From the NCBI GenBank assembly GCA_023515725.1, contig JALDTO010000142.1:310001-374000 (forward strand): a stretch of 64,000 nucleotides of DNA. The letters are read 5' to 3'. Of this stretch, positions 1 to 12,754 are shown in pieces; within the stretch, counting starts at the first letter, position 1, and each line of letters starts with the position of its first letter. The position numbers and the translations under genes were made by a program. The notes below the pieces were generated by a model, which saw nothing but the letters and a program-made list of their open reading frames with translations, was not told the origin of the DNA and ran no database searches. Source of the DNA: Amoeboaphelidium protococcarum X5. Lineage: Eukaryota; Fungi; Aphelidiomycota.

Positions 1-571
1 AATTCTCTGCTATCACCCAACCGCTCGATGATATCATATCTATTGTCGGTGACACTGTAGCATTTGGCTCATAATCATCATCGTCATCATTTCGAAGTGG
101 ATATTCTTCTACATACAAATAGAATCCAGATGGGGTAAGTAGAATATATGACGCGTTGTATTTCTTACATACTGATTTAGATTTGTGTGACTTGATTTGT
201 AGAGCTCAGAGAAGATTGTGCATAAACGAAATCCAGATGGATCTATGATTGTAGAGCGGACTCTATGCGATGCTTCTAAGCAATGCGAGACTTTCTCAGA
301 ATTCATTGAAGCATCGAAACAGTAATGATAATTGGCGATTGAATATCTGTATCATTGAATTGAATGTTTGATCTTCTTCATTTAATGATATTTCTCGCGT
401 CGGACATTCGTGCCGCTCGCGAATCTCTCGTTTTTCTTCATAAGGTGCACCTGCTCTTTTACTGAGATCTTTGAATTTCGGTACTTGCACAATTGTTGGA
501 GTTAACTACAAATTACTTTACTTTTTACTCTCGAATAATTATTAAAAAGTTTCTATATAGTATCTTCCGAG

Positions 572-1677
572 ATGATGATCAGTATACGTAAAGGCTTTAG
601 ATGCATGTCTAGCGGTGGTCGATATGCAGACACTGTGAAGAATATGCTCATCAACAAGGAGACTCGCGTTATCTGCCAAGGATTTACTGGCAAGCAGGTA
701 AGTTGATAGCGATTTCCATGTCTACCACTACTGTAACTTACTAAGTGTTTAAGCATGGTGTAGGGAACTTTTCACTCTAAGCAGGCGATTGATTATGGTA
801 CTCAGATGGTTGGAGGTGTGTCGCCTGGAAAGGCAGGCCAGACTCATCTTGGTCTACCTGTATTTGCATCAGTGAAAGAGGTATTTCTCATACTGAATTT
901 CATATTTTAACTTTTTATTTATGTGAATAGCGATGATAATTGTAGGCAATGGACAAGGTTCAAGCAACTGCATCAGTCATCTATGTTCCACCTCCAGCTG
1001 CAGCGAAGGCTATTCTTGAGGCGATTGATGCTGAAGTTCCGCTAGTGGTGTGTATTACTGAAGGTATTCCACAGTAAGACATGGTGCGCGTTATGAAAGT
1101 GTTGAAGAATTAGGACAAGACTCGCCTGATCGGCCCAAATTGTCCTGGTATCATCAAACCTGATGAGTGCAAGATTGGAATTATGCCTGGTCATATTCAC
1201 AAGGCTGGTAGAATTGGTGTGGTGAGCAGAAGTGGAACGCTGACTTACGAAGCTGTCGCGTAGACTAGCGCTGTCGGTCTTGGCTAGAGTTTATGTGTGG
1301 GTATCGGTGGAGATCCATTTAATGGCACCAACTTTGTCGACTGTCTAGAGGTGTTCATGAAAGATGATTAGACGGAGGGAATCATTTTGATTGGTGAGAT
1401 TGGTGGTTCTGCTGAGGAGGAGGCTGCCGAGTTCTTGAAGAAGCACAACTTCACCGCCGACGGTAAGGTGAGGAAGCCTGTTGTCTCGTTCATTGCCGGA
1501 AGAACTGCTCCACCTGGTAGAAGAATGGGCCACGCGGGCGCAATCATCTCTGGCGGAAAGGGAACTGCGGACGCGAAAATCGCCGCTCTCGAATCTGCCG
1601 GTGTGACTGTGACTGAGAGTCCTGCTCAGCTTGGATCCACCATGCTTAAAGCAATGAAGAAGGCTGGTCTGGCATGA
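572..1677 (+). CDS. LSC1: Succinyl-CoA ligase alpha subunit, mitochondrial (2 introns, ~698-763 and ~881-945)
   Basis: Motifs [31 protein letters not shown](TAA)[29 protein letters not shown](TAG)[18 protein letters not shown]; ends TGA. Confidence 0.97.
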
Positions 1678-2035
1678 TTAATACTTTCATGATTTAATCC
1701 AGTTATATATTCTAAAACTTAAGTCATCATTATTATTATTATTTTAGCATTTAGTTTATTAGCGCGTCTCAGAAGTGATTTTTCTAGACGATGTTCATAA
1801 CTGTTCCAAACGCGAGAATGTAATCACTTGAGAATCCCGATCATGTACTCTGTATTAAAACGAAATCTGCATCATTATCTTATATAGTCGTACCGTTTCA
1901 GTGACAGCGACGCTTTGAAGAGCCGTATCACCTTCAATGAATGAACAGATGACATTTTGAAAAGCGCGAGTTTCTCTCTTTCTTTCCCGTTGAGAAACTG
2001 TTTCAGAACGATTGTGATAATAAATTTACGAGTTC

Positions 2036-5000
2036 ATGACTGGACATTAATTGGCTGATAAGCTTGGTAAGATTTATTCACTCTTGAGAGTTGTCTGACT
2101 TTGTTTATCATAAGTATTGTAGTGCATCCTGTGAAAGAAATTCGAGATAGAGCTGTTGACAGTCTGTTATTCAAGCTAGAAGGAAACTTGCTAACTATTG
2201 CAGACATGTGTAAAGACCGAGCTTTATTGGATTCGTTGTACAAGTGGTTGGTAGAATATGGCGATTAAGAATATATAGAGTACGTATTAGCAGTACTGTA
2301 GTAGATTGCGATGGTATGACTCATTACATATATGGCTGATTGAAAATATGACTAGTGGGCATGTAGGATCCTGAAGGAAGACTGACAATGGATTAGATTG
2401 GAGTATTAAAGTAATTAATGACTCATCCTGAGTTTTAGCATTTGAATCTATCTCACGATAGTTCTCAGTGTCAAGATGACATCAGATTAATAGATGGCAA
2501 CTTAAGATAACTTCCCAAGTGTGAAAATGCTTTTTACTATAAGGAATCAGTCAATAGTAATACACAAGAGTTTGACCCAATTGCTGAAAAGTCTGCACAG
2601 TTATATTTGTATCTATAGTAGGCCATAAATGATGGATCAGAAGACCAACTTTGTATGTTTGAGAATCTGTTTATTGTAATCCTATACGATTATGGCTCTA
2701 AACGTATCATTTCCAATAACCGACTCTGGATGTTATTCCTGGAATATTGTTTTAATGGTTCAATTTAACGCCGTTGTAGGCTATTGCTTGATCTTTTGGT
2801 TAAGAAATTGATTGCTGAATGGCATGAACTTGTCTCTCTGGGATCAGTTTTCCAAAATTAATCTACTTTGGAACGTGGCATATCTATGGTGGATGATAGC
2901 TTTTATCTTAATGAACATTCAGATATGAAGCTTCAAGAGTATAGCCATCATCAACTATAGGCTGCTCATAATATTTTTATATTTATGGCTCAGTAATTAG
3001 TGAATTTAGACTTATCAGTGCTCGCAGATACTTTATCTATATTGAGTGATTTGATTTCCCTGCTTTATGTCCATACTCTCACTGAATGTCGTCATCCTTA
3101 GGATCAGAATGACTCTGACAGCCTGAAAAGTGGAATATGCCGCTATTTATAGGGATATACGAGGTGTCTTCTAGATTATTCTGGCGGCTTATTACATTCA
3201 TTTTAAGTGGCGACTGCTTTTAGTGGAATTATATGCCGTCTTATTCTTCAATTTACGAAAGATTTTGATCACGTTCTCCCTAAGGCTATTGAATGTCTAT
3301 TAGAAATAGATCAAATACAAGTGCCTTTTGTGCTAGCGTCCAAGTTTGCTTCTGACCTTAAGTATTTTGAGTAATTGCTATTCCTGCTGGTTCATCCGCA
3401 AGCTCATGTGCGGCGGCAGTGTTCTGCTGCTATAAGGGATTCTTGTATCGACAAAGCTATTGTGAAAGACTCTAATATGCTTGATATTGTTTTATTTCTG
3501 GTTTAAAAGGATGATTTTGTATTGAGTGATTTGTCCAAGTTTTAATAAGCTTTCAAATTGAGTGAAATGTTGCAGTAAAAGTTGGAAAGCGGTAATTTGT
3601 AATTGTAAATCTGCTCAGTGGAATTTCCTGAAGAGTTGAGATCGTTGATTAATAACAGAAAGGGCACTTTACTTAAAAGTAACGCGTCTTCTGCTTGCGA
3701 TTATTCGATATCCGATTCTATTGATTATGAAAGCTTTGTTTAATCACTAAACTACGCAAGATTGGAAGTATTAGTCAAATCTGATTAAGATCAAAAATAG
3801 CTTTGTCTGAAGTACTTGCTGAGGTTTTTTGTCACTTCTCCTGCTGATCAGGATGATGAGGTTGTTTTGTAGGACATTTGTCGTTATTTAATCAATTTAC
3901 TGGGAGTTTGCAAGAAGATACCTTTATCTATAGCCAAGTAATATTTAGACGGAGTGCTATCACTGTCTAAATCTCCATTGAATTAATGGACGAGTTTCCT
4001 ATTGTTAAAACTAGTTGAGTCATTAGTGTCTCTCTTGAGTGAGGATGATGGAATTGCATTGAGAAAATGGCTCAGAAATATATGCGATTACTGCTTTGAA
4101 ATGCTGATCAATTTTGACTTGCAATCTAATGAGGTTGATTTACTTTTGGGAATCACCGTATGCGAATTAGCAGAGTCGCTGATCACTAAGTTTGAGCTTG
4201 TTGATTACTCATTTGGGCGGTAGTTCCTACTTAGATTTATCGCGAATTTTGAGTGGTGCAGCAATTCGTATCCAATGCAATTCTCACACATTATGGGTGT
4301 TCAGTCGCAGTTGCTTTCTAAGATCGTCTCGTCCTATGTAGATGATGTTCTTGAAGGAAATACTTTTGATCCTATAGAGAAATTTCTATTATATGATGGT
4401 TCCATTGCCTGGCTCCAGAACCTCACATAATGTCAAGTGGAATCGATTGAGACCAATGCTTGGACGATGTTAAGTGATGTTGTTAGATTAATGCCTGGTC
4501 TTCGCGGTGTGCTCGGGTTGCAAAGCAATATTGTAGCTTCTGGTGTGTCACGGCTCATGGTGCATGACTCTAGAGATGATTCTAAGCGCAGCATATGCTC
4601 TTTTTTGTAAAATTTTGTTAAGGGCGTTTGTAAATTGCAACAACATGGTAATCTGTCTGAGAATTCATAGTTTGGGTAAAAGGATTTCCTCCAGATTGTT
4701 GATCAGTCAGGTTTGATGACCAATTGGCCGTAGATGATTGCTATTGGGGATATGTCGTTGATCTATGCGTAAGGTTTGTATAGTCTGGTGTAATGCATCA
4801 ATGATGTATTTTAAAGCTCTGTCAGGACAGAGTATGATTTATAGGTATTTGCAGCTGCATAGAATGTGTTGGATAATTTTCTGCGCTCTCTTGAAGATCC
4901 ACTCTCTTCTTCTTTAATTAGAGATTACATTCCGGATTACGTCTAGCTTGTCACCATATTCATAACATCCATTTACGCCAAGACTACTGCTGTCTCTCAA

Positions 5001-6386
5001 GACTTTATATCCTCTCTATTGGTATTCTATTTTGACAGTCTTCTCATATGTTTAAAGAGTCGCCACCAATGTAGTATTTTCACTGATTTTGGTAGAACAT
5101 TGATTATGCTAACTGAGCATAACTTGCATCTGATTTAAGATTTCGATGCAAGCATGGACCTTCAATCGCTAAGCGAGTTGATTTAAGTTATGACAGCCGA
5201 GTCTTATTTATAACATGATGAAAGCTCACGGATTGTTCTCAAAGATCATTTTATGGCAGTGATTTGTATACTGTCAGCTGCTGGTAAATTGCGCGTCGAT
5301 TCCTGCTCCTCTGACCTCATTAAAAGCTGTCTCGGTCTGATAACTTAAAGTAACTCATTGAAAGTACTTGTGAACTCGAGCCAGCTGCTCAGTCTCATCC
5401 AACAGCATGGTTATGCTTAATCTTTGGTGTTAGATACGAGCCTCACAATTTTGAGGCGTCTTTTGTAGTAAGCTCAATCTGGATAGACCAATGTTTCTAA
5501 AGAGAACTTATTCGAAGCAATAGGCACCTGCTTTGGGATCATTTTTGAAAATAAGGATGCCACTCTTGATTCTACTAGTTCTCTATTTGATTTGATCATC
5601 GATGCGATTAGATGGTGTGTTGAGTACTCTCGAGATGATAAAGATTCCATATAGTTACAGCTCTTTGTAGATATACTGCTGAAAACTCAAGGACTCATAC
5701 TGCGTAATGATGTAAGCGCTGTCTGCAAAACTCAACTCTTTCAGCTGGCAGATGTCTTGTAAGCTGTAGTTCTCAACTTTATTCATTGCCCAAGGAAGGC
5801 TAAACTGAAGACTTAGATTTGCAGCGTATCTTTAAATCTTTACTCACAATTGGTATTTATTCTCAATTTTGGCGGTTAGAAGAGTTAGCTATTTGTAAAC
5901 AAACTTTGCGATTAGCTGGATCGATTATGCGCATTGAAACAAGAATCCATTGTTTAAGGGGTGGTATAAGTTTTAGCCGAGTCCAGCATGGTTTGCTTTA
6001 AGAACTGCTTCAAATCGTTGATATGTGTTTTGGAAAACTATCCTGATGACTAGCATATTGTTGCTCCATGTTATCGAACACTTGTGCGCGTCTGCACCGA
6101 CCGAGTGCAAAAGAACTCTCTGCTTCAGTGTGTACACTTTCAAACATCGTGCGCAAATGTATTGAAGAGAGACTCTAATTGCGAATCCATTCAAACTCTC
6201 ATAATACTACTCCGTCACTTGGTGCAAGATAATCAGCGTGGTATTTCCTTAGTGAAACGACTGAATGTGACCACCGACCTGTAATCTTTGTCTGCGAATA
6301 GTATTGCTGACGATGCTTCTCAAGGGTCTGATATAAAAGACGCGTTATCCAGTCTTTTATTGTAGTTGAAAGATGTAAAATAATGA
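2036..6386 (+). CDS. RTTN: Rotatin-like large ARM-repeat protein (introns near 5' end)
   Basis: Spliced N-terminus KL(V)HPVKEIRDRAVDSLLFKLEGNLLTIADMCKDRALLDSLYKWL resembles the rotatin N-terminal domain; long Leu-rich helical frame under TAR=Gln, TGA at 6384. Confidence 0.65.
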
Positions 6387-6588
6387 GTTTACATGTTTTT
6401 ATATCCAATGCCATTCTAATTTCGTATTATCCGTAATGATGAGAGTTTTCTCTTTCTGATTCCCCTTTCAGTATTAATGTAAAGTGAAACAGGCGTTTCT
6501 CGAATTTCTTCTTTCAGTCGTTTTACTTTTCTCAACATTTAGTATTTGCTACACCATATACTGCCTGTACAGTACTATAAGTTAAACT

Positions 6589-8026
6589 ATGACCAAGGCT
6601 CAGTATAAAGTCAAATCTGTAGTTTGGATATCTGCAACCAAAGATTATCCTGCATGGTTGGCCAGGGTAAGTTTTTCAATGAAGATAATGATTGAATGGG
6701 ATGGTTGAATGCATTTTGTAGGTGGTGGATTGTAAGGATGATAGTATTCAAGTTGAATTATTTGCTTTAAATACCACGTTGGATATTGCACTTGGGAATA
6801 TATACAACTGTAACTCAGTTTCTTCAATAAAAGATGTTTAATAAATGTGTGATGGTCCATATGTCCTGGCATCAGCATCGACATCATCATCATCGTAATT
6901 GGGCGTCTTTGATTATCTGAAATCTGAGGGATTATAGTCTCGTAAACGGAACAAGTTCTTGGAAGCTTTAAACGCGTATTACAATTATCTGGACAGCAAT
7001 GGCTCTAATGTTGATGTGCAAGATAGTGGCTCTGATATTGAAGATGACTTGGCTGATTCTTTGCCCACAATGGATAAAGCTATTAAATCTCCCGCTGATA
7101 AAAAGAAGCCAGAAGTGATTGAATTGTCGGACGGTGATGATGACAATATTGTCATAATCTAGCATAATATAACTAATAGTACCAGGAAGAAATTTACTTC
7201 GAATGCAGGTAAAGATTATAATGTTAGCAGTAACAGTAAAAGGAAATCGGCTGATGTTGAAAGTTCCAGTCAGGTATCTTCGGCATTTAGTAGTAAAGCG
7301 TCCAAGTCCAAGTATTCAGATATTGAGTTGAGTAAAGGCGATTTAGTTCTGGCAAGATGGAGAAGATCATACACTTGGCACCCGGCTCGCGTCATTGAAG
7401 TCATTAAAGATTCTGCGTATGTATCCAATTCGCGTATACGTTACAAACTCGAGTATTGGGATAAGTACGTGTGTATTGTGGACAGAAGCTGTATCCGATG
7501 CCCGCATGACTTTGAATTTCATTCTGTTCAGATTAGTTCTTCTATCACTGATCATTTCAACTGTAGTGATGACAAATATGAAAATGAAGAGTTGAACGAG
7601 AAAGTTATGAATTTGTCCTCGTACCTTTAGGATATTTGTTCTGGTGACATTAATACTCAGAGAAGGTAGGACTTCTTTGCTGGCGGTCAGAGAAAAGCTC
7701 AATTGGACAAGAAATGTGGTAAGGGAACTTTTACTGCTGCAGAGTATGGCTTGATTCAGCGTACAGTTGAGTTTCTGTTCAATACCGAGATTATGCCGCG
7801 GTTGAGTCGCGCTGATAACTCTTAAAAGTAGCAGTAACTGAAAGGCCTATATGGTCTTTCTTTCATGACCAGTGTGCTGATGCCAGAGTGTATTATGAAG
7901 TTGATGATTGATGATTCGGACAATAGTGAAGTGATTGACTCGGTTTCTGCTGAAAAGGCTCTCACGGACTTAGATTGGGTCGAATATCTACTGGCATTAC
8001 GTGAATCTGTATCTGTAATTGAATGA
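6589..8026 (+). CDS. PWWP/Tudor-domain chromatin protein, C-terminus PWWP3A/MUM1-like (1 intron)
   Basis: SVVWISATKDYPAWLARV and KGDLVLARWRRSYTWHPARVIEV Royal-family motifs; C-terminal FMTSVLMPECIMKL. Confidence 0.6.
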
Positions 8027-8336
8027 ATGAATGAGTGAGTGATTATTGTGAGAATAAAAGTATGTATATATTGTTACTTTGAATGGCTTACTCACTCTAT
8101 ATTTGGCATTACGCGTTTTACTGGCAGTATGTTGTTTCACAATTTCCATTCCGCGGAAGCAGAACTAAGTAACCAGACGTTTTCATAGCACACGACATTT
8201 AAGCCTTTCTGTTCTCGCCCGTTCGCGTTCAATTCTTTCCTTTGCGTAATCGTTCCTTCTTGTTTTTGTTCAGATTTACCCATTTTTACCAGTGTTGTGC
8301 AGGAGTTGGTAAATATATAGTGGAATTGTAATAGTA

Positions 8337-8930
8337 ATGTTGAGATTGGGACGTATTCAGTTTAATAGTGCATTGCTTAGAAGAAGCATTAGCAATAGTA
8401 GGCTCCTCTGATAACTATAGTTTTCAATTCATCTATTTAAATGTTGTGTAGGCGTTAAGGCTAATGAATCTTAAACTGTGGACAATACCAAAAGTAAATC
8501 TTTCTTTAATTTTATTAATGCTCAACGGGCATAATCATTTATAATTTTCACTTATTTAGATATGGTGACTAAAGGAGGAGACAAAATCCATGGATCCTAT
8601 CACTGGCTCTTTGAAAGATATCTGAGTATCGCCACCATTCCTGTGTGCGTGTATCCGCTGATGTTTGGTCCTTCCAAGGGCGTTGACTTTCTTCTTGGAT
8701 TTATAATCCCGCTGCACTCACATTTGGGATTTGGACAAGTTATTACTGATTATTTGAATCCTAGAAAGGTGGGCAAAATTGGACATTTGGCTGCAAGATC
8801 GCTCCTTCTGGCTGCCACTGTCACCACAATGTACGGCTTGTACCAGTTCAACACGAACGATGTGGGCATAACGGAATTTGTGAAGAAGTTATGGAAGGGT
8901 CCAGAGAAGAATGGCCCAGTCTCCAAGTGA
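8337..8930 (+). CDS. SDH4: Succinate dehydrogenase cytochrome b small subunit (CybS/SDH4/TIM18 family; 2 introns)
   Basis: HGSYHWLFER, HSHLGFGQVITDY, GLYQFNTNDVGITE; Arg-rich mitochondrial presequence in exon 1. Confidence 0.93.
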
Positions 8931-9312
8931 TTTTATGATTCAACCCAGAGTCCTGTTCTAAGGTATCCCAGTGACGTTTTCGGCACCTTGTTCAATTCTC
9001 ATCCCTGACGTTCTATTTTCCTTCCCCGCGGCTCGCTCGCTCATTCATTCAGTCAGCCAGTCATTCCAATCACCGATCACAAAGAGCAGGAAAACGACGG
9101 CAAATTGCATTTTTATAGCACTCTCACTCATCAATAAATTTTCTCTGGCTTGCAATAATAATAGTCAAGCTGCTCATTTTATATTACTCTAATACATATA
9201 GCTACTGCTTCATTGATAAGCAGCTGAAAGCGTGGAATATTTAAACAGCTGCAGTGCCGCATTTAATACTGTTGCTTCCAATAAAGAGAAAATAGACATC
9301 GTCATCAATAAA

Positions 9313-11009
9313 ATGTCCAACAGCTAGCTGCTGTATGAGGAAGAATGTAAAATAGACAATGCCGTGCTTCATCATTAGGAAATTGACGGCCCAGGTGCGA
9401 AAGACCGATTTAAAAGGACAGTGATGGCTGTGTATGAGATTGTGGAACAGAAACTGTATAAGACGAGACACAATTCGCTGGAGACCTATTTTAGATCTGT
9501 GTGGCGTATAAGCCGCGCTCAAGGTATGACTGATTGATCAGCATTTTGTATAGTACAATTACGTGTGGTTATAATATTATGTGTGTAGTCTATCGCTTTT
9601 ATAATTGTGCAAGAATACTAAAAGAATTAGCTGCCTTTGATCTGTAGCCGTCCAGGGAGAGGCTGTGTAGAGCGATCAAAAAATTGGCGCACAGTGCCGA
9701 TGACAGGCGCCTGCTCTGGAAAACTGTGATTGAGAAAACGCATGAGGACGAGTCCCTGATTTCGAGTACGATCATTGCGAATGTTTGGAAAGAGTTGGTA
9801 AAATAGGGTCTGGTGTCATAATAACATCCATCGTATATGATAAATGAAGAGGCGATTGATGGCTACTCGGATAAGGATCATGTCGAAGTTGCAACTGGTA
9901 ATGACGGCTCGGTCAAGTCGATGCCCAGCACCCCGACGGCGGCTAGGCAAGACCGAGAGCTGATCGGTGCTTCCAACCTGGCCAAAGTATCCAGTGTTCA
10001 AGCTAGTCTGTCTGGTCCCGGTATGTTGCAGATTGGAAAGACACATAGTTAGCATGCTCAGTAGTATTTATCCTCTTCGCCGCCACGATCGTAGAAGCGT
10101 ACTCATCATGCGATGAATGATCATCACCAATCGGTCTCGCAGCGAGATCGTTTCAAAAATATAGCCAAAGCCCCTGATGAATCAATCGATCTCGCCGGTG
10201 CCTAGGGAGGATCTCTATAGGATAGCAATAATAGTAGTGGATGGATGAAGCGAGATATGGATACAATATTCGCTTGTCTTTAAAGGCTATAGAAAAATGG
10301 TGTTGAAATGCAGGCTATGGGCGATTCTGGTCAATGGATCAGAAACATCTAGGATGTCCGTTTCGTGTAAACTTCTCAGTAAAAGAATGGAGCAGGCGAT
10401 ATCAATATGCGTCCTGCGCAATAGCCTGCCTAGTCTAACAAATTGCGATATGATTCCGGCTCAAATGGACATCAGTTTAATGATTACCGTGGTCCGAAGC
10501 TTCCAACAATTGAGGGTCACAAGTCGCCATAGCGTCCGCTTCATTATCCTGCGTAATCCTAAATTCAGTAGTACAATTTTGGTGATTTTTATCAGCAGAT
10601 TTATCCTACAAGTTAGTATAATGCATTCCGTCCGGCTGATTAGTTTGGTAGCTATCCGTCTAGAAGCGTTCCCTTTGCTCATGATAAAAGACCGGAATCC
10701 GGTTATATGTTTTAAAGTCAATAAAATCTGCCTAACCAGCTCTCGGCTCCTCCGCCGTATCAAGTGGCGCAGAATCCGTATTAATAACAGTAGCAAGATC
10801 CACGTCAACAACATCAATAACAGACATTATACCAATAGAATTAATAACACTTCCATGAAGACGCGCAGCTCAAGTCTCCTCATCCAGCGTCGTTGTAATA
10901 GTAGTAGTAGTAGTAATAGTAGTAATAGTCATAATAGCAATAGAAGTCCGATATTAAGTTTTTGCTGTGTCAAAGACTGCAAAGTGATGCTGACCATCAG
11001 CAACTTTGA
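9313..11009 (+). CDS. Putative transcription factor: N-terminal helical DNA-binding-like domain plus Q/P/S-rich tail (intron 9524-9588)
   Basis: KLYKTRHNSLETYFRSVWRISRAQVYRFYNCARILKEL..PSRERLCRAIK; low-complexity tail, polyQ, terminal KSDIKFLL; TGA 11007. Confidence 0.6.
10896..10943 (+). repeat. (TAR)n trinucleotide run encoding polyglutamine
   Basis: 11 consecutive in-frame TAA/TAG codons (10896-10928) followed by TCA TAA TAG CAA TAG. Confidence 0.9.
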
Positions 11010-11069
11010 AACTCAATAAATTATTGCATTGACAACGAGATATTTGGTGATTATATAAATAAAAGTTTC

Positions 11070-12390
11070 TCATAAACTGTTTATATGAATTATTATATTG
11101 TTTTTACTTTAACGGGAACATGCTAGAGTTGGAGAAAATGTACAACAACACTGCCAGAGACACAGAGACCACAAAGTGCAGTTGAACAGTTTTATCGCCA
11201 TTACTTTTAATTTATCCATCTTTAAATTGAGATTTCTATCTCTGCTAGATATTTATATCTTGTTGTTATTCCACGGATTATTGATCAGCCATTGACGTGT
11301 CGCTAAAGTAATCAGGTAGATTGACCAACTTTACGCAACTCGATTTACAGAACTTCTTATACAAGTGGCGATACTATGGATTGCCGCGATACTTTTCAAT
11401 CATATTTTAAGTTCTTTGTATGGCAGATTCAAGCTCTGAATCCTCATATATATCGTACTGCTACAACATTGATAAAATGGTAGCTTCGTCTGCATCGGTC
11501 ACCTTTAAGAACTCCTCCCTACGACAAAGTACCAGAGATGTAGCAAAGTAACAAATAGTCTCCACGCAAGACGCTTAAACACCAGCATCCGGTACGAATA
11601 CTTATGTCAGAAAAAAGTCCCATAAACGCAGCAAATGACTAAACTTAAGCTTAACCACGTGCGACATCCAAGTCAAAATCCACGACACGCTCCAAAATCT
11701 GAACCATTACGGCCGGTCGCTTACAGATTGTAAATACTCAAACAGCTCCTCATCTTCAAGCTAGATCAAATCATTAACCAAATCAAGGTATGGCTCGCAT
11801 GCAGTCATATCCACCATCATAAAATCTCTAAAGCAGAACATGGTCAATCTATCAACCATATCTATAAGCACATGGTATGGGACTTTACTATCGTCGTTAT
11901 CATCATCAAACGAAAATAACAGCACCACAACTGCAACAACATCATGATAACCCTAATAATAATGCAACTGTGGGTGTCGCTGTAATACTAGAGTTATCAC
12001 GGATTAAACTTTCTGTTTCAACAATTATAAAGCGTGATCTCGCAAATGAGGTTACGACTACAGGATCAATTAGCAGCGATTCAAATCCATTTCAATTTAG
12101 CTAATGGTCTTCTTATCAAGTGATGCGGGCGCGAGTCTCTCATTCTCACTGACCGCCAACTTTGCGTCGCGTTACTCCAGCATCAGCCTCCAACAATGTT
12201 AACGAAGCTTCTGATCTAAAGGGTCGACAGGATTGGCCAATCCTCCTGGACGATAGCATAGTTCCCGGATTTGATCCAGTTAAGGCAGCGATATCATTGG
12301 CGAAAATATTGGACTCTAATCTGAAGCAAATGACTCTTCGCTAGAGAATACATCAGATTATAATGAGCGCTCGGCTTCACTCATTATCAT
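11070..12390 (-). CDS. TBC1D20: Rab-GAP TBC domain protein, TBC1D20/Gyp8 family, with C-terminal TM helix (3' end ambiguous)
   Basis: IRELCYRPGGL..LRQHCWRLML, QIEMDLNR, LHYYQGYHDVVAV, SWILTWMSH, LRLWDFFL; TM FVVSVSLAVLLYIF. Confidence 0.88.
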
Positions 12391-12754
12391 TACTCTTACG
12401 CACTAAATTAAAGGGATGCGGTAAGTATTAGCTGCGTTAAACATTCGCGATGAGAAAAGCGTCAAAGCGAAAAGGACAAGAATGAACTAAGAGAGAGAGA
12501 GGTGGCAACAGAAATAATAAGAGCATCAGAACAATTAGCGGTTAAGTTGTCAGCATCATGGCAAAAAAATATGACATTCAGGCTGACGTACAAATTGACA
12601 TCATTTGCTCTCATTAAACAGACTTTGACGCGTGCTTGAGAATTATTAATCTCAGGAACGCGTAATGGCTATACGCTGTGCACAATTGATGAACTTCACT
12701 TTACGTTAAAAAGGAAAAGAGAAAAATACAGAAAAAGGTGATAAATTGTACCAA

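Noticed and set aside
1-490. 5' part of a minus-strand gene
   Set aside because: A protein-like frame exists near 1-200 (EEYPLRNDDDDDYEP) but I could not build a consistent start/intron model or assign a family
10297-11019. 240-aa ORF, the longest in the track
   Set aside because: Shadow frame of the Q-rich gene; its poly-Ser/Asn is the shifted reading of TAG/TAA repeats
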